Positions 48,965-61,234 of a DNA stretch of 64,000 bases are shown here, piece by piece (positions within the stretch are counted from its first letter, which is position 1; each line of letters opens with the position of its first letter). Source of the DNA: Eledone cirrhosa. Its lineage: Eukaryota. A program made the position numbers and the translations under genes. Under the pieces are notes generated by a model. That model was not told the origin of the DNA, did not search any database, and saw only the letters and a program-made list of their open reading frames with translations. The stretch lies in contig OZ024741.1 in NCBI GenBank assembly GCA_964016885.1, positions 168,516,001 to 168,580,000 of the forward strand. The letters are read 5' to 3'.

Positions 48965-49400
48965 GATTTGCTTTTTACTCTTCTAGATGGTATCCATCAC
49001 TTTTCTAATTATTCTGGCAGTGCCAAGAAGCATGCTTTTTGTTCAGGTTCTATACCAAGATCAATTCCAATTTGTTCCAAATCTTTTGTAAGATTATCTG
49101 TTACACATCCAGGGCTCCTATACTTATTAGTACCAATATTACCTTATTTACTTCACCCCTCTATACTTTCAGAACTTCATATTTGAGATCATTGTAGTAG
49201 TTTTTCTTTTCTTTTTCTTTATCTTTTATCCTCATGTCAAAAGGACATGCCATATCTATAAAACATTTCTTTTCTTTCTTGAGTATCAGTACTGTCCGGT
49301 TTATTGTGATTAATCTTTGTTTCTGTTTGTAATATCCCACAGAATTTTGGCTTCATCATTACCAGCACTTTCATTTCTTTTGTTACAAAGTGGTCATACC
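48965..49400 (-). mobile_element. Degenerate R4/Dong-like RLE fragment
   Basis: NHNKPD, DMACPFDMRIKDKEKEK, DLKYEV, QKACFLGTARII in minus frames. Confidence 0.75.
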
Positions 49401-51002
49401 ATTATTAGTTTTAGTAGCAGTAGTAGTAGCAGTAGTAGTAGTATTAGTATTCTCAAATGTATACATCGGCTGATTAGCCTAATTTTCATACCTAGTGAAT
49501 GTATGGTCAGCTTTACTGAAAATCAAAAACAAAATTTGTTTCCACTCTACCATGGTGGATACCTAAATATATTGGTGAGAGAATAATAATAATATTATAA
49601 TAATATTATTAATATTTGGTTCATTTGCAAGTTCCAGCGAGTAGCAGAGAGAAGAGAATACATAGTCTTGATAAGGAGCAGTGACTCTGAAACAATTGTA
49701 GACTATTTTCTCTCTGTTACCTCTGGAACAAAAGGATGATGTCAGTGATCTAGAATATGCACATGGTTGTTTGAGGCTGTCTACTTGCAAACAAACTGAA
49801 TATCAATAATATTATTATTATTCACTTACAAATACATTTAGGTGTTTGCCATGTTAGAGTGAAAATAAATTCTGTTTATATATATATATATATATATATA
49901 TCATACTAACCACAAGATGTCTCCACTCTGATCACAATAAAGTGAATGTAATGGGTAAATAAAATTAAACCCTAGTACCATACATGTTGGGATATCAATA
50001 TGAGCTGGATATCAGCAACTATGGATGTATTGAACCCATCTACAACTAAAACTTACCTAAGGGCTAAGCTTTGTATTGGAACGGTATGTACTTAGTGCCA
50101 CTCCTCGAGAAATATGTATGAATAACCAATTGGTGTACATCTTCATGATGGCTACAACTCACAAGTGATTAGAGTTTCAGCAATTGGTGTGCATAAAAAT
50201 AACTTTTTGCATGTACTTCATCAATAGAGAATAGCTGAACATACATAACAAACTCTCTCTTCTTAATTCATGGTATATATATAGATATAGTTGTCAAGGT
50301 TTTTTTTTTATATTCCTTGTTGTCTGATTACACATTCCAGGTTTATTCATCTTCGATTTTCTTATCTATTCATATGCTTATTCTTATCTTTATTCTTTAT
50401 TCCTATGATTTCTAGTTTTAGTACATTTGATATATTATTATATTTGAATATGTAATGTGTATGCATCAATGTTTTTCATGCATATGTATTGCTTTTTATG
50501 TGGATTGATATTATGAAGCATTTCATCAGTTACTTTAAAATTCTGTTAAAATTTGAATATAAGGGGGGGGGGGATTTGAAAGTAATATAATGCGACCAAA
50601 CTTCCACTTCCACTTCAGCTACACATATTATCGTGTATCTGGCAGCACCTATGAGTAGTTTGTTTTATACTTTGGAGTTGATTTTGATCATTGCTGCAAA
50701 ACACAGTTTGTTTTTTTATCAAAGGGGCACATAAACATTTTTTAGATGTTGCGGTAGGGCATGGAGCAAAAAAATTTGGGAACCACTGATGTATAGATAT
50801 AATGAGATACTTCATTATTTACTTTTCATGTTTTTAATGAAAAGTCTTTTTATATACCTCACTCTAAATAATGTATATTTTATATTTTAATGGTTGTGTA
50901 TTTTTGTCTGTTTATATGTCTGTCTTGCATTATATACATAATAGAAAATATACTATGATACCATCAATTAACTGACATTGACTCAAGATTATTGACCAGT
51001 GT

Positions 51003-51197
51003 AATAATTGTTTCTACATTTGGCACAAGGCCAGCAATTACCCAGTACAATTCTGGTACTTTATTTTATCAACCCCGTAAGGATGAAAGGCAAAGTTAAC
51101 CTCGGCGGGATTAGAACTCAGAATGGCAAGGGCCGTAACTCAATGCGTCAAAGCATGGTGTCTGAATCTCTACCGATACTGCCAATCCACCGCCCTA
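51003..51197 (-). mobile_element. Nin-domain SINE
   Basis: Same family as 27730-28140. Confidence 0.85.
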
Positions 51198-51440
51198 GTG
51201 ACCAGTGTAATAATACCCTATGTCTAGCACAACAGGCGACCACCAAGGAAGAATACCAAGACTAGAAAAAGAAGTATAAAACAGATGAATGAAAATATTC
51301 AAGTCATAACTAACTATGTAGTTCTGAAAATCAAAAGGCTATTTGTTAAACCTTGTCACATCAGAGGATAGCCAACCTACAATGATTATCAACCAACCCA
51401 TCAATCAACTTAACTCTTTAGCATTTACATTACTTTATAT

Positions 51441-51758
51441 ATGGAGGCTTAGTGGTTAGAGCATTGGCCTTGCAATCGAAAGGTTGTGAGTTCAATTCTC
51501 AGACCGGGTGATGTGTTGTTTCTTTGAGCAAGACACTTTATTTCACATTGCTCCAGTTTACTCAGCTGTAGAAATGAGATGACAGGGACTGCAAAGTGGT
51601 CGTGGAGGTGCCATGACAAAAAAACACCCAGCACTCACTGTAAATGAGGTTGATGTTAGGAAGGGCATCCAGCTGTAGAAATCAAGCCAGAATCAGTTCC
51701 CGTCCCACCCTTGCAAGCAGGGAAAAGCGGACGTATGATGATGATGATAATGATGATG
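51441..51758 (+). mobile_element. CORE-type tRNA SINE with RTE-derived tail, nested in piggyBac-like MITE A (51410-51939)
   Basis: A box ggcttagtgg, B box gagttcaattc, CORE-like ttgagcaagacact..ctcagctgtagaaatg, RTE 3' UTR, (GAT)n. Confidence 0.87.
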
Positions 51759-52235
51759 CTATTATATTTTCATGTTAAACATTTTACCTGACATAACATC
51801 GAATCTATGAGATTTTGATATTATTTATTTTGAGAACAATACCTTAACATCAGTATGAATGACTGGTTACAACCAGTTTGAACAGAAAGAGATGAGAGAA
51901 TTCTGGCCAGATATGGCCGGTTTAAACACTAAAAGGTTAAATGTAACAAGAAAATCTAACTCCTCCCCTAAAAAGCAAACACACAGAAATAGCAACTTCA
52001 ACCAATCAGCTTAGGTACCGTACCCACAAAAAGTCATAGTTGATTGGACCCAGGCAGATATACACTACACTGACACACACAACTATGATGTGTGTCAGTG
52101 TTGAACACATATCTACAACTTTATTTTCTGTTATGGGCTTTCATACTATATTATCTTTTGTAATTATTTGATGATGTCATACTGGTTGTTGCACTTGCAT
52201 AACTGCAAATACTCTGGTGTTACTAAAATGTGAAT

Positions 52236-52482
52236 CATCATCACCATCATCATCATTTCATTTTACGTCCACTTTTCCCTGCTTGCAAGGGTGGGACGGG
52301 AACTGATTCTGGCTAGATTTCTACAGCTGGATGCCCTTCCTAACACCAACCTCATTTACAGTGAGTGCTGGGTGCTTTTTTTCCGTGGCACCTCCACGAC
52401 CACTTTGCAGTGGAATGATAGGAAACCCTGTCCCTATCATCTCATTTCTACAGCTGAGTAAACAAAGCCATGTGCCTCCATA
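52236..52482 (-). mobile_element. Internally deleted CORE-type SINE
   Basis: Matches 55203-55548 but lacks most of the head and core. Confidence 0.78.
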
Positions 52483-52840
52483 TAATGAATATAATAATGA
52501 ATATAATTGACCTATGTAGACCTGTCCAACCTTTTTTAGTAAGGAAAGCGGATGTTAAATGATGATGATTATGTAACCACACAAGCCATTCTTAAAGTTT
52601 ATTTTTATATATATATATAGATATATAGATATATATACACACACACACATATATATATTGGAAGGAATCATTATATTATAGTAACTCTATCATATTTTCA
52701 TTAATATTTCATTTACATTCCTTTGCTGTACTATAGAATAATATAATACAATATAAAACATGTAGAAAGTATAGAGGCATGTAGGCAATGAAAATGATAA
52801 GAAGGAAATTATAGGATAAATCCTTATTTTATGTGTGCGC

Positions 52841-52915
<75 letters not shown>

Positions 52916-53424
52916 CTGTGCTGATAACACACTTGAAACATTCTTTAACAAAGTGATGTTGATAGTCATCGGAAATTGCAAAAGAAAATGTTTGTATAAT
53001 AATTATATGTTCCCTGCAGAATATATTTAAGAAAACAAAAAAGAATTTTCAGATAACATAATATCATTGCATCGTGATACGAAATACAGCTATAATGTTT
53101 AAGAAATGGGCTATCTCTTGTATGAAGACCATATAGTTAAACCCACACACATATGCACACAGTAACTATGTATATAGTTGTAAACGTGCCAATCTAGTTT
53201 TCACAGATTTTTTCATAGATATTTAATACTACATTATATAATGAGCATAGCCCACCTTATTATTTTTATTGTTATTGTTCAGCTAACCTCTCTCTGGTCA
53301 AAATGACCTATGATTCAATGTATTCCAGATTTGGTTATCAGACCATTTTAGAGATATTAGCCTGACAGTGCTATGACTGACCATTTTTTTAAAGACATTA
53401 ATGGAAAAAGCTCAGGGAGCTACT

Positions 53425-53620
53425 ACCAGATTTGACACAAAAACGGTTTTTCTCTGTGAATGAAAGGCCAGCTGTATGATGCCTGCATGCGGTGAGTGAT
53501 GTTGCATGGTAGTGAGGCATGGGCAGTGAGTGGAGAAGATATGCAAACACTGAAGAGAAATGTTATGCAACAAGAAATGATGCTGTTACTTAGGTGAATG
53601 ATGAATAGGATGCACACCTG
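53425..53620 (+). mobile_element. Degenerate RTE fragment
   Basis: KGQLYDACMR..LHGSEAW. Confidence 0.7.
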
Positions 53621-54657
53621 AACCAAGTCATATACAAAAAACTACTTACATAACATGGTGTTGATAACTTGATAACTAAATAATGGACTTTGAATCTCTG
53701 TTACATTTTTGTGACAGTTGTCATGAAGATCTCTGGTAAGCCCACTCCCAACACTGCTGCCATTTTCCTCTACAAAATTGAGAGAAAGGCATCCCATAGG
53801 ATGAAGGAATCCCATAAGGTGGAATAGCTGATGCAGCAGCTATCGCATTCTTTTCTTTGCTGCAAAACTTTCGCTATCTTGTCCACCATGAAGTGCTGCT
53901 GAGATGTACTGTCCAATCGGGGGGGGGGGGGGGGTATGTTTGCTCCATCCCCACTCCTCTTCTCCTCTTTTTTTATTGTTTCTCTCCCTCTTCATGTTTT
54001 TATCCTTCTTTCTTTCTTTTACTGTTTGTAAATTTATACAACTGAATATGAAAATTGGGACCTAATTACTAATGTAGGCTCTGACAGTAGTAATTATAAA
54101 AGAATAATGGTAAAATGTAAGTGTGTAATGATGAATAACAATGGTGAATATCTTTCAGTTTCACATCATTTCACATCTTGCATGGAATATCCCATTTTAT
54201 CTCAATTTCATAGACATATACCTTGTGCACAGAGAGGCCTTCCTGATAAAATAAAAAACTTAAAAACATCTTTATCAACAATAAGTATTTTAGTATATTT
54301 AAAGAAGAGCACATTAGATATTACCTCATTAACAGTATTAGAAACAAACACATTTAAAAACATACATTTTCATTTTTACCTTATTAACATTAAGTTATAT
54401 TAAAACTCATGCTAGTCCTTAACATGAACCAGATACATCATTTACTAAGAATAGAGGAACATACCAAACAATATCAATATATGTAAATGTGGTTGGTGTT
54501 AGGAAGGGCATCCAGCTGTAAAATCCCTGGCCAAATTTACTGTCCTCATTGTAGCAAGGTACAGTAAGACCAACTCTGGCTAGACTTGTCTCCCAACGTG
54601 TACGACCTGTCTAGCCCATGCAAGTAACGGTAAAATGGACGCTAAATGGTGATGATG

Positions 54658-54714
<57 letters not shown>

Positions 54715-54816
54715 TGTGTGTGTGTGTATATATATATGTCTATATATATGTGTATATATATATGTATGTACATATATATATATGTATATGTGTGTATGTA
54801 TGTATATATATATATG

Positions 54817-54852
<36 letters not shown>

Positions 54853-54999
54853 GAACTCATTAAAGTTTAAGCAAAGAATCACTGCTTTCACCCTTAACGG
54901 GATCTTCTCTACGGGTTTATATATATATAATCCTTATCGAGCCCTCTTTGGATTTTAGTCTTCACATTTATTATTACTATATATATATATATGTGCTCA

Positions 55000-55190
55000 T
55001 AGTAGGAAGATGCATTAGAGGAAGACCACGAAAAACATGGGCGGAGGTGGTGAGAGCAGACCTCAGATCGCTGAAACTCACGGAGGATTTGACGAAGGAC
55101 TGTGACAAGTGGAGAGATGCTGTGCTGAATAGGACCTGTCCCATCCTTGCAAGCAGGGAAAAGCAGACGTGATGATGATAATGATGATGA
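55000..55190 (+). mobile_element. RTE 3' fragment
   Basis: RGRPRKTWAEVVRADL..KWR; terminal stem-loop and (GAT)n. Confidence 0.78.
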
Positions 55191-55202
55191 TATATATATG
55201 TA

Positions 55203-55548
55203 TCATCATCATCATCATCATTTTATTTTACGTCCACTTTTCCCTGCTTGCAAGGGTGGGACGGGAACTGATTCTGGCTTGATTTCTACAGCTGGATGCC
55301 CTTCCTAACACCAACCTCATTTACAGTGAGTGCTGGGTGCTTTTTTGCCGTAGCACCTACATGACCACTTTGCAGTGGAATGATATGGACCCCAGTCCTA
55401 TCATCTCATTTCTACAGCTGAGTAAACTGGAGCAATGTGAAATAAAATGTCTTGCTCAAGGAAACAACACATCACCTAGTCTGTGAATTGAACTCACACC
55501 CTTTCGATTGCAAGGCCAATGCTCTAACCACTAAGCCATGTGCCTCCA
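55203..55548 (-). mobile_element. Full-length CORE-type tRNA SINE with RTE tail
   Basis: Reverse complement of the 51441-51758 family. Confidence 0.88.
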
Positions 55549-55617
55549 TATGTATGTACATATATATATTTCATGTGGCAAGGTGATATATGGCCTGTAT
55601 TGAGTAAGACTTCAATC

Positions 55618-55770
55618 CTCTTGCAATGCAACACACAACTTGCAGTGCAACACATAACTTGCAGTGTAATACAACTTTCAGTGCAGCACACAACTTACAG
55701 TGCAATACCTAACTTGCAGAGCAATGCATACATCCAGCATTACAACATAACATCTCTCACAGTGTAAAAC
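55618..55770. repeat. Degenerate 17-19-bp tandem repeat
   Basis: Unit approximately cacaacttgcagtgcaaca. Confidence 0.7.
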
Positions 55771-56284
55771 ATAAATGTGATAAATCACAGATGTGTGAAA
55801 TTAATTCAAATAAACACTTGACATAAATCAAATCAAATTTCTGAGTTAATGTGACTTTATATCAGATAAAATAATCATTTCTTATATTCTGACACAAATC
55901 CATTATTATGTTCATTGCTTATTTGACACAAAATTATTCAATTTAATTTGAAGGATCTATGAAAGGAATGATACATTAAAGACATTTAACACCTCTCTGC
56001 TGATTTATTTATGTGAGGTTATAATTCAACAGGAAAATGGAGACCAAACATTAGTAATTGAATACCATCAGTTTTTGTTTTTTTTTTGTTTTTTTTTGCT
56101 GCTCTGAATTTTCTTTTGTTCATGAAATCTAGACAATACATTAACCCATTTGATACCAAATTGCTTGAAAACCCTACTGGTTCAATGATACAAAACTGTT
56201 TATTGAAAAGTATATATTTGCCTAAAATCCTTCCATTATAATTTTATGGAAGAATCTTAAATTATATAATCTTAAATTATAGAA

Positions 56285-56747
56285 GTCAATGGAAACTGCG
56301 GAGTGGGGAGACCCAAGAAGACCTGGGATGAGGTGATAAAAGCCGACCTTACCCAATTATACCTCTCAAAGGCGATGACACACGACCGTGACCTCTGGCG
56401 TCACGCAGTAATACATAGTACCCGACCTCCCATGGGTACAAGCTGAAGCATATAGACAATATGCCCCCACACCCTCCCACTGCAAGGTGGTCGTGGAGGT
56501 GCCACGGCAAAAAAGCACCCAGCCCACACTGTAAAGTGGACGTGTAGGCGCCACGGAAAAAGCACCCAGCACTCACTGTAAATGAGGTTGGTGTTAGGAA
56601 GGGCATCCAACTGTAGAAATCAAGCCAAAATCAGTTCCTGTATGAGCAAGGCATGGTCAGCCGACCAGACACTGCCCACAACAGGACAACCCGTCTAACC
56701 CATGCTAGCGTGGAAGAACGGACGTAAAACGGTGATGATGATGATGA
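56285..56747 (+). mobile_element. RTE LINE 3' fragment nested in piggyBac-like MITE B (56141-56855)
   Basis: GRPKKTWDEVIKADL..RDLWR; structured 3' UTR; (GAT)n; host MITE has TTAA-CCCATTTGATACC ... GGTAACAAAAGGG-TTAA. Confidence 0.87.
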
Positions 56748-57029
56748 TTCCAAATACCAGCTTGATAAACTCCTCTAAATTCTTGATTATTTAAAAAATT
56801 ATTTGAAACACATAAGCAGAGTCTTTCATTAGTATTATGGTAACAAAAGGGTTAAATTGGTCGAATTTTGAACAGATAGAAGTTTCTAATTCTTTTTATC
56901 AACATCTTTAAGGACGGAAATGCAGCTATATGAATGTAAAATTATCTTTATATATAAGCACCTGTTTGACTTAGGAAGTATCAGGAAAGTTTGAAATTTG
57001 AAATATAGTCGTCCCAACACAAATGATTA

Positions 57030-57242
57030 TAATAATGGTTTCTGATTTAGGCACAAGACCAACAATTTTTTTTTGTGTGTGTGTGTTGGGGGGGTGGGGG
57101 GTAATGTCAATTAAATCAACCCCAGTGTGTGATTGGTACTTTATTTTATCGACACCATGAGGATGAAAGGCAAAGCTAACCTCAACAAGATTTGAACTCA
57201 GAATGTAAAAGGACATAATTCCATGCTGCAAAGCATGGTGCC
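57030..57242 (-). mobile_element. Nin-domain SINE, 5'-truncated
   Basis: Nin domain and tail on the minus strand. Confidence 0.78.
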
Positions 57243-57840
57243 TGAAAATTATTATAATAATGGTTAATCAGTACAAATAATAGTTGAATAAAATTAGGTA
57301 AAGTACCCCTGGAGATGGGTCAATAATCTTAGATATTCCATTTCAATGATTTTAGAAGGTGCTGTGTTTTGAATCTCTTATGATAATAGAGCAAAACTAT
57401 ATCTGAAAAGAGTAAATATTAACTTGCACTGATATATCAAACTCAAAGACACACACACACACACATCCTCAGTTTTATATATATATAAATCTAGAGAGGA
57501 AAAAGAATTTGAAAATGCAGTTGGAGTCTTTAACAAGATTTAATTACTGGTTTCCCAGTTTTATTATTCTCCGTAGTGACAATCTTTATAAAACATACAT
57601 ACATGTGTATGTATATGTTTGAGTTTATATATATAGTTCCACCTATGCCTGGCAGGAAAAGTTGACATTAAATAATAATAACATTAATAATAATAATCAT
57701 AATAATAATGATTTCATTTATTGGCCACAAGGGCTGACAAAAAACTGTCAGAACCTAGGGTTCGCTCAGGTACCCCACCAGTCCTGAACGACCCGATGCT
57801 TCGAGAGCACCCTGGAAGGGCACCCCTCTCCTCTTCAAAT

Positions 57841-60800
57841 TTACCTACCTACAGCCGCATAACCAGAGTAGGCCCACTCACACGGGCCATTCTCGCCACA
57901 TTCACCCACCTTACTGGGGGGCAGCACTTCTCTCTCCACCCTCACCTTCCTTTCCAAGTGAAACTTGAAAAAGTTGATGAGAGATTGGCCGAAGAGAAAA
58001 GTGTCTGTCTTCAGTCCTTTCAACCTCGTCCACCATACAACATATTTCGCTACTGCCACCAGACAGGAAAATTGCCTGCCCTTCCTGGCCAAAAGAAGGC
58101 GGAGGGTCGATCTTCACTATGGACTCGGCCGATAGCCGGATCCGTTCTACACGCGACAACAGCTGTTCAACATAACTCCACAAGTCAGTAATGCACGGAC
58201 ACTGGACGAGTGTGTGCAGAACGGTTTCGTCGCTCTGCGCGCATCTCGGGCAGGTCCGTCTGACAGCACTTCCGTGCCTGTAGAGTTTATCTCGAACCGG
58301 CAGTGCCCCCCACCCCCGGTAGCACTGCCAAGCGAGGGATTTTTGGAAATTATCCATCGTCCCCAACTTGAAAGTCCTCCGGTACAGACTGGTTAGTTCG
58401 ACTTCGTTGACTCCCAGAGCCTCTCCGAGTGCGTCGTCGCACTTGCCCACCACTAATCCTCTATAGAACTCGAGAGTGGAAGTTCCACTGACCGCATTGC
58501 CCGCCTGGTAGAGGGCAGTGAGTGCCTGGCAACATTCCAGATGCCAGTCACTCAGTCTCGGTCTCTTCTTGACCCAGGACTGCAACTCAGTCAAAGAAAC
58601 GAGCTGCGGAAAGGCCCGTCTGACAAACGGCGACCACACCTGTTCACCGTTTAGGCAGAATATCTGGAGATGCCGCAGCCTCAGCGCGTGCCTGCGCATC
58701 ATTAGCCACGGCATGCCCAGCCCTCCATGTAGAGGGTGCTGGCAGCAGATGGACCGCCTCACCAGCGGAACCTGACCCCTCCACAAGAATTTGAAGAGAA
58801 GCCGCTCCAAGATGGCGAGGCGCGAATGGGGGCAAGGGACGACAGTCAGACAGTAGTAGATGACGGACGCGATGTACGCGTTCGCCACCTCCGACCTACC
58901 TTTCAGTCATAGCTTCATCCCAGCCCATTTCTGGGTGAGACTGGCTACCCTGCCCGTCACCTCGTCCCAATTCTTATCCACCTGGAGGTCTGGCCCGAAC
59001 CAAACCCCTAGCAACTTTACCGGTCCATCCGTCCAGCGCCTAACGACGCTGTTGGACGGCATGGACTTGCCTCTCCAGGTGCCGAGTTGCAAGCCCACTG
59101 ACTTTTCCGGGTTAAGTTTTGCTCCCGTCAACCTTTCATATTCCTCCAATAAGTTGCCAAACCACCTCGGTTTCTGAGGTATCCGACACCATCATGGTGA
59201 TGTCGTCCGCATAAGCCGACACAGCCTTTCCGCGTCCCGGTTCAAGCGGGATGCCCTGCAACAGCTCCAGCTTCCGCAGTAAAGGCTCGAGAGTCAATAC
59301 GTACAGAAGGGAGGCGAGAGGGCACCCTTGACGGACCAATCGGGAGCTTCTGAAGACGGGGCCGAAGCCAGCCGCCTTGAGGACAGCCTCCAGGTACCGA
59401 TGGTTGACCCTATCGAATGCTTTCGATTGATCTAAATTGATCAGAGCCCCAGATGTATCGCATTATGTGGAGGTTGTCGTGTATGGACCTGGTTGGGATT
59501 GCGCAAGTTTGCGCCTCCCCAACCAAATCCCAGACGACAAGCGCCAACCTCTTCGCTAACACCCTGGCCAAAATCTTAAACTCTGTGTTGATCAGAGTTA
59601 TGGGCCTGAAATTGTCTAATGTGTCCCTCTTATTCTCGTCTTTCCTTATCAGCGTCACTACGCCCCGGCTCACAGAACTGGGAATACTCCTGTTTTGCTG
59701 CCAGTTGCAGTAGAGGGCTTCGAGGAGATTGGAGAACAAGTCTGGCATATTTACATAAAGCTTGTAGGCAGACCATCCAAACTGGGTGACTTGTGCCTCA
59801 TGCAGCCGACAAGGGCATCCTGAATCTCGGCTGAAGTAATTGGCCTTTCGCAGCGCCCAGCGTCAGCCGTCGAGAGTTGCGGCAAGCCATCGAGGTAGGG
59901 ACTGAAGTCCGCCACCATCTCTGACCCACCACTTCCCCCGAACAACCGAGCAAAATGTTGGCGAAAGGCCTCACACTTCCTCTTGGAATCGCTCAGCTCG
60001 TGCCCGTATCGGTCCGTCAAAGACCGAATCGTGGTTTTATTACCACGCTGCGCCTCTGCCACGCGGGCTCCTCGAACAGCTTTGGTTGCCTCGTTTCTCA
60101 GAACATGCGCCTTAGCTCTGACAATGCAACCTTCGTGTTTCGCATTGAAGAAATGGTCTAATGCCATTCTCGCCGCTAGCACATCAGTTGCAATGCCACT
60201 ACCAATAGCCCCGTCTAACTTATATACCAACTCCCCCTCCTTTCTATTTTTCTCTAATGCTACTTCTTTGCTAAACTCTATCGACATTACCCTAATCTCT
60301 CTTTTCAGAGCCCCCCACCATCTATTGTTGACGATTCCCCCTGTCAACTTTTTCTTAACTAAATTGTTGACCTGGTCCCTGTAAGCCGTACGTGCCGGAA
60401 ATGACATGTTTAGCTTCCAGTAACCAGGTCCTAACCTACGCGTCTTATCTAGGTCGACCATACAGATCACAAACTTGTGATCTGAATAGGCGACCGTTTC
60501 AAAACGTGGACAGCTTACACTATTTCTGTCTATTTTCCTAATGAATATCCTGTCTATATACGATCTAGATGACCCTATGCGGTTAGCCCAGGTCCACACT
60601 GGTGCATTAGGGAAATCTAGTCGGTACCTCTCAGACAGTTGGAACTGGCTGATCAGGTTCTTGAGGCTTTTGCACCCCCCGATCCTATCGGATATCCTAA
60701 CAGTCCTAGCGTGCGTCTAAGATGCCGTTCCAGTCCCCCGTTAACAGTAAAGGGTGAGACGTACCCAGAAAGGCTTCCAGGCGTCTAAAGAAGTCCGACC

Positions 60801-61153
60801 GTCCTTCCCCAGTAGGAGCATAGACGGCCACCAGTCTAAAGGCACCACCTTCATTATTGTTCACGTCCAGGACCACCAACTTCCCGTCCGGGTCCCGGAA
60901 GATCGACCTTACCTCGAGATCTAGGCCTTTCCTAAACAGCACTGCCACCCCGCCTCCCATTCTCGGCCGGCGAACATGCAAAGATCTGATAGTCGTCGAA
61001 AATGGGGGATAGTGCGTGCGTGTCGGAAATTTTGGTCTCGCTGGCTGCAATTACATCCATTTCTATAGACCTGAGGTCGTTGAGCAGGTGACCCTGCTTC
61101 CAGGACGATCTCAGGCCTCGAACATTTAAACATCCTACTCTTAATACGGCCAT
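57841..61153 (-). pseudogene. Tx1 ORF2: AP endonuclease, reverse transcriptase and C-terminal CCHC (multiple frameshifts)
   Basis: LNVRGL..SETK, AVYAP..GDWN, SYIDRI..YSDHK, GYWKLN, KSP.LDGL, NFRPITLIN, VRQGCPL..AYADD, GGLG, CPRC..ETVLHTLVQC. Confidence 0.92.
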
Positions 61154-61234
61154 GTTGGCAGGTTAAACAGAGAGAGAGGAAGGTTTACTTACCTTCCGGT
61201 CTCTTGTGAAGGTCGGGTTATTCGACCTCCATAG

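Noticed and set aside
50700-50788. hAT MITE ending gggaaccactg
   Set aside because: Only one terminus is visible; no matching TIR or TSD found
51441-51510. tRNA gene
   Set aside because: The tRNA-like head continues into CORE and RTE tail sequence, so it is a SINE; the acceptor stem does not close
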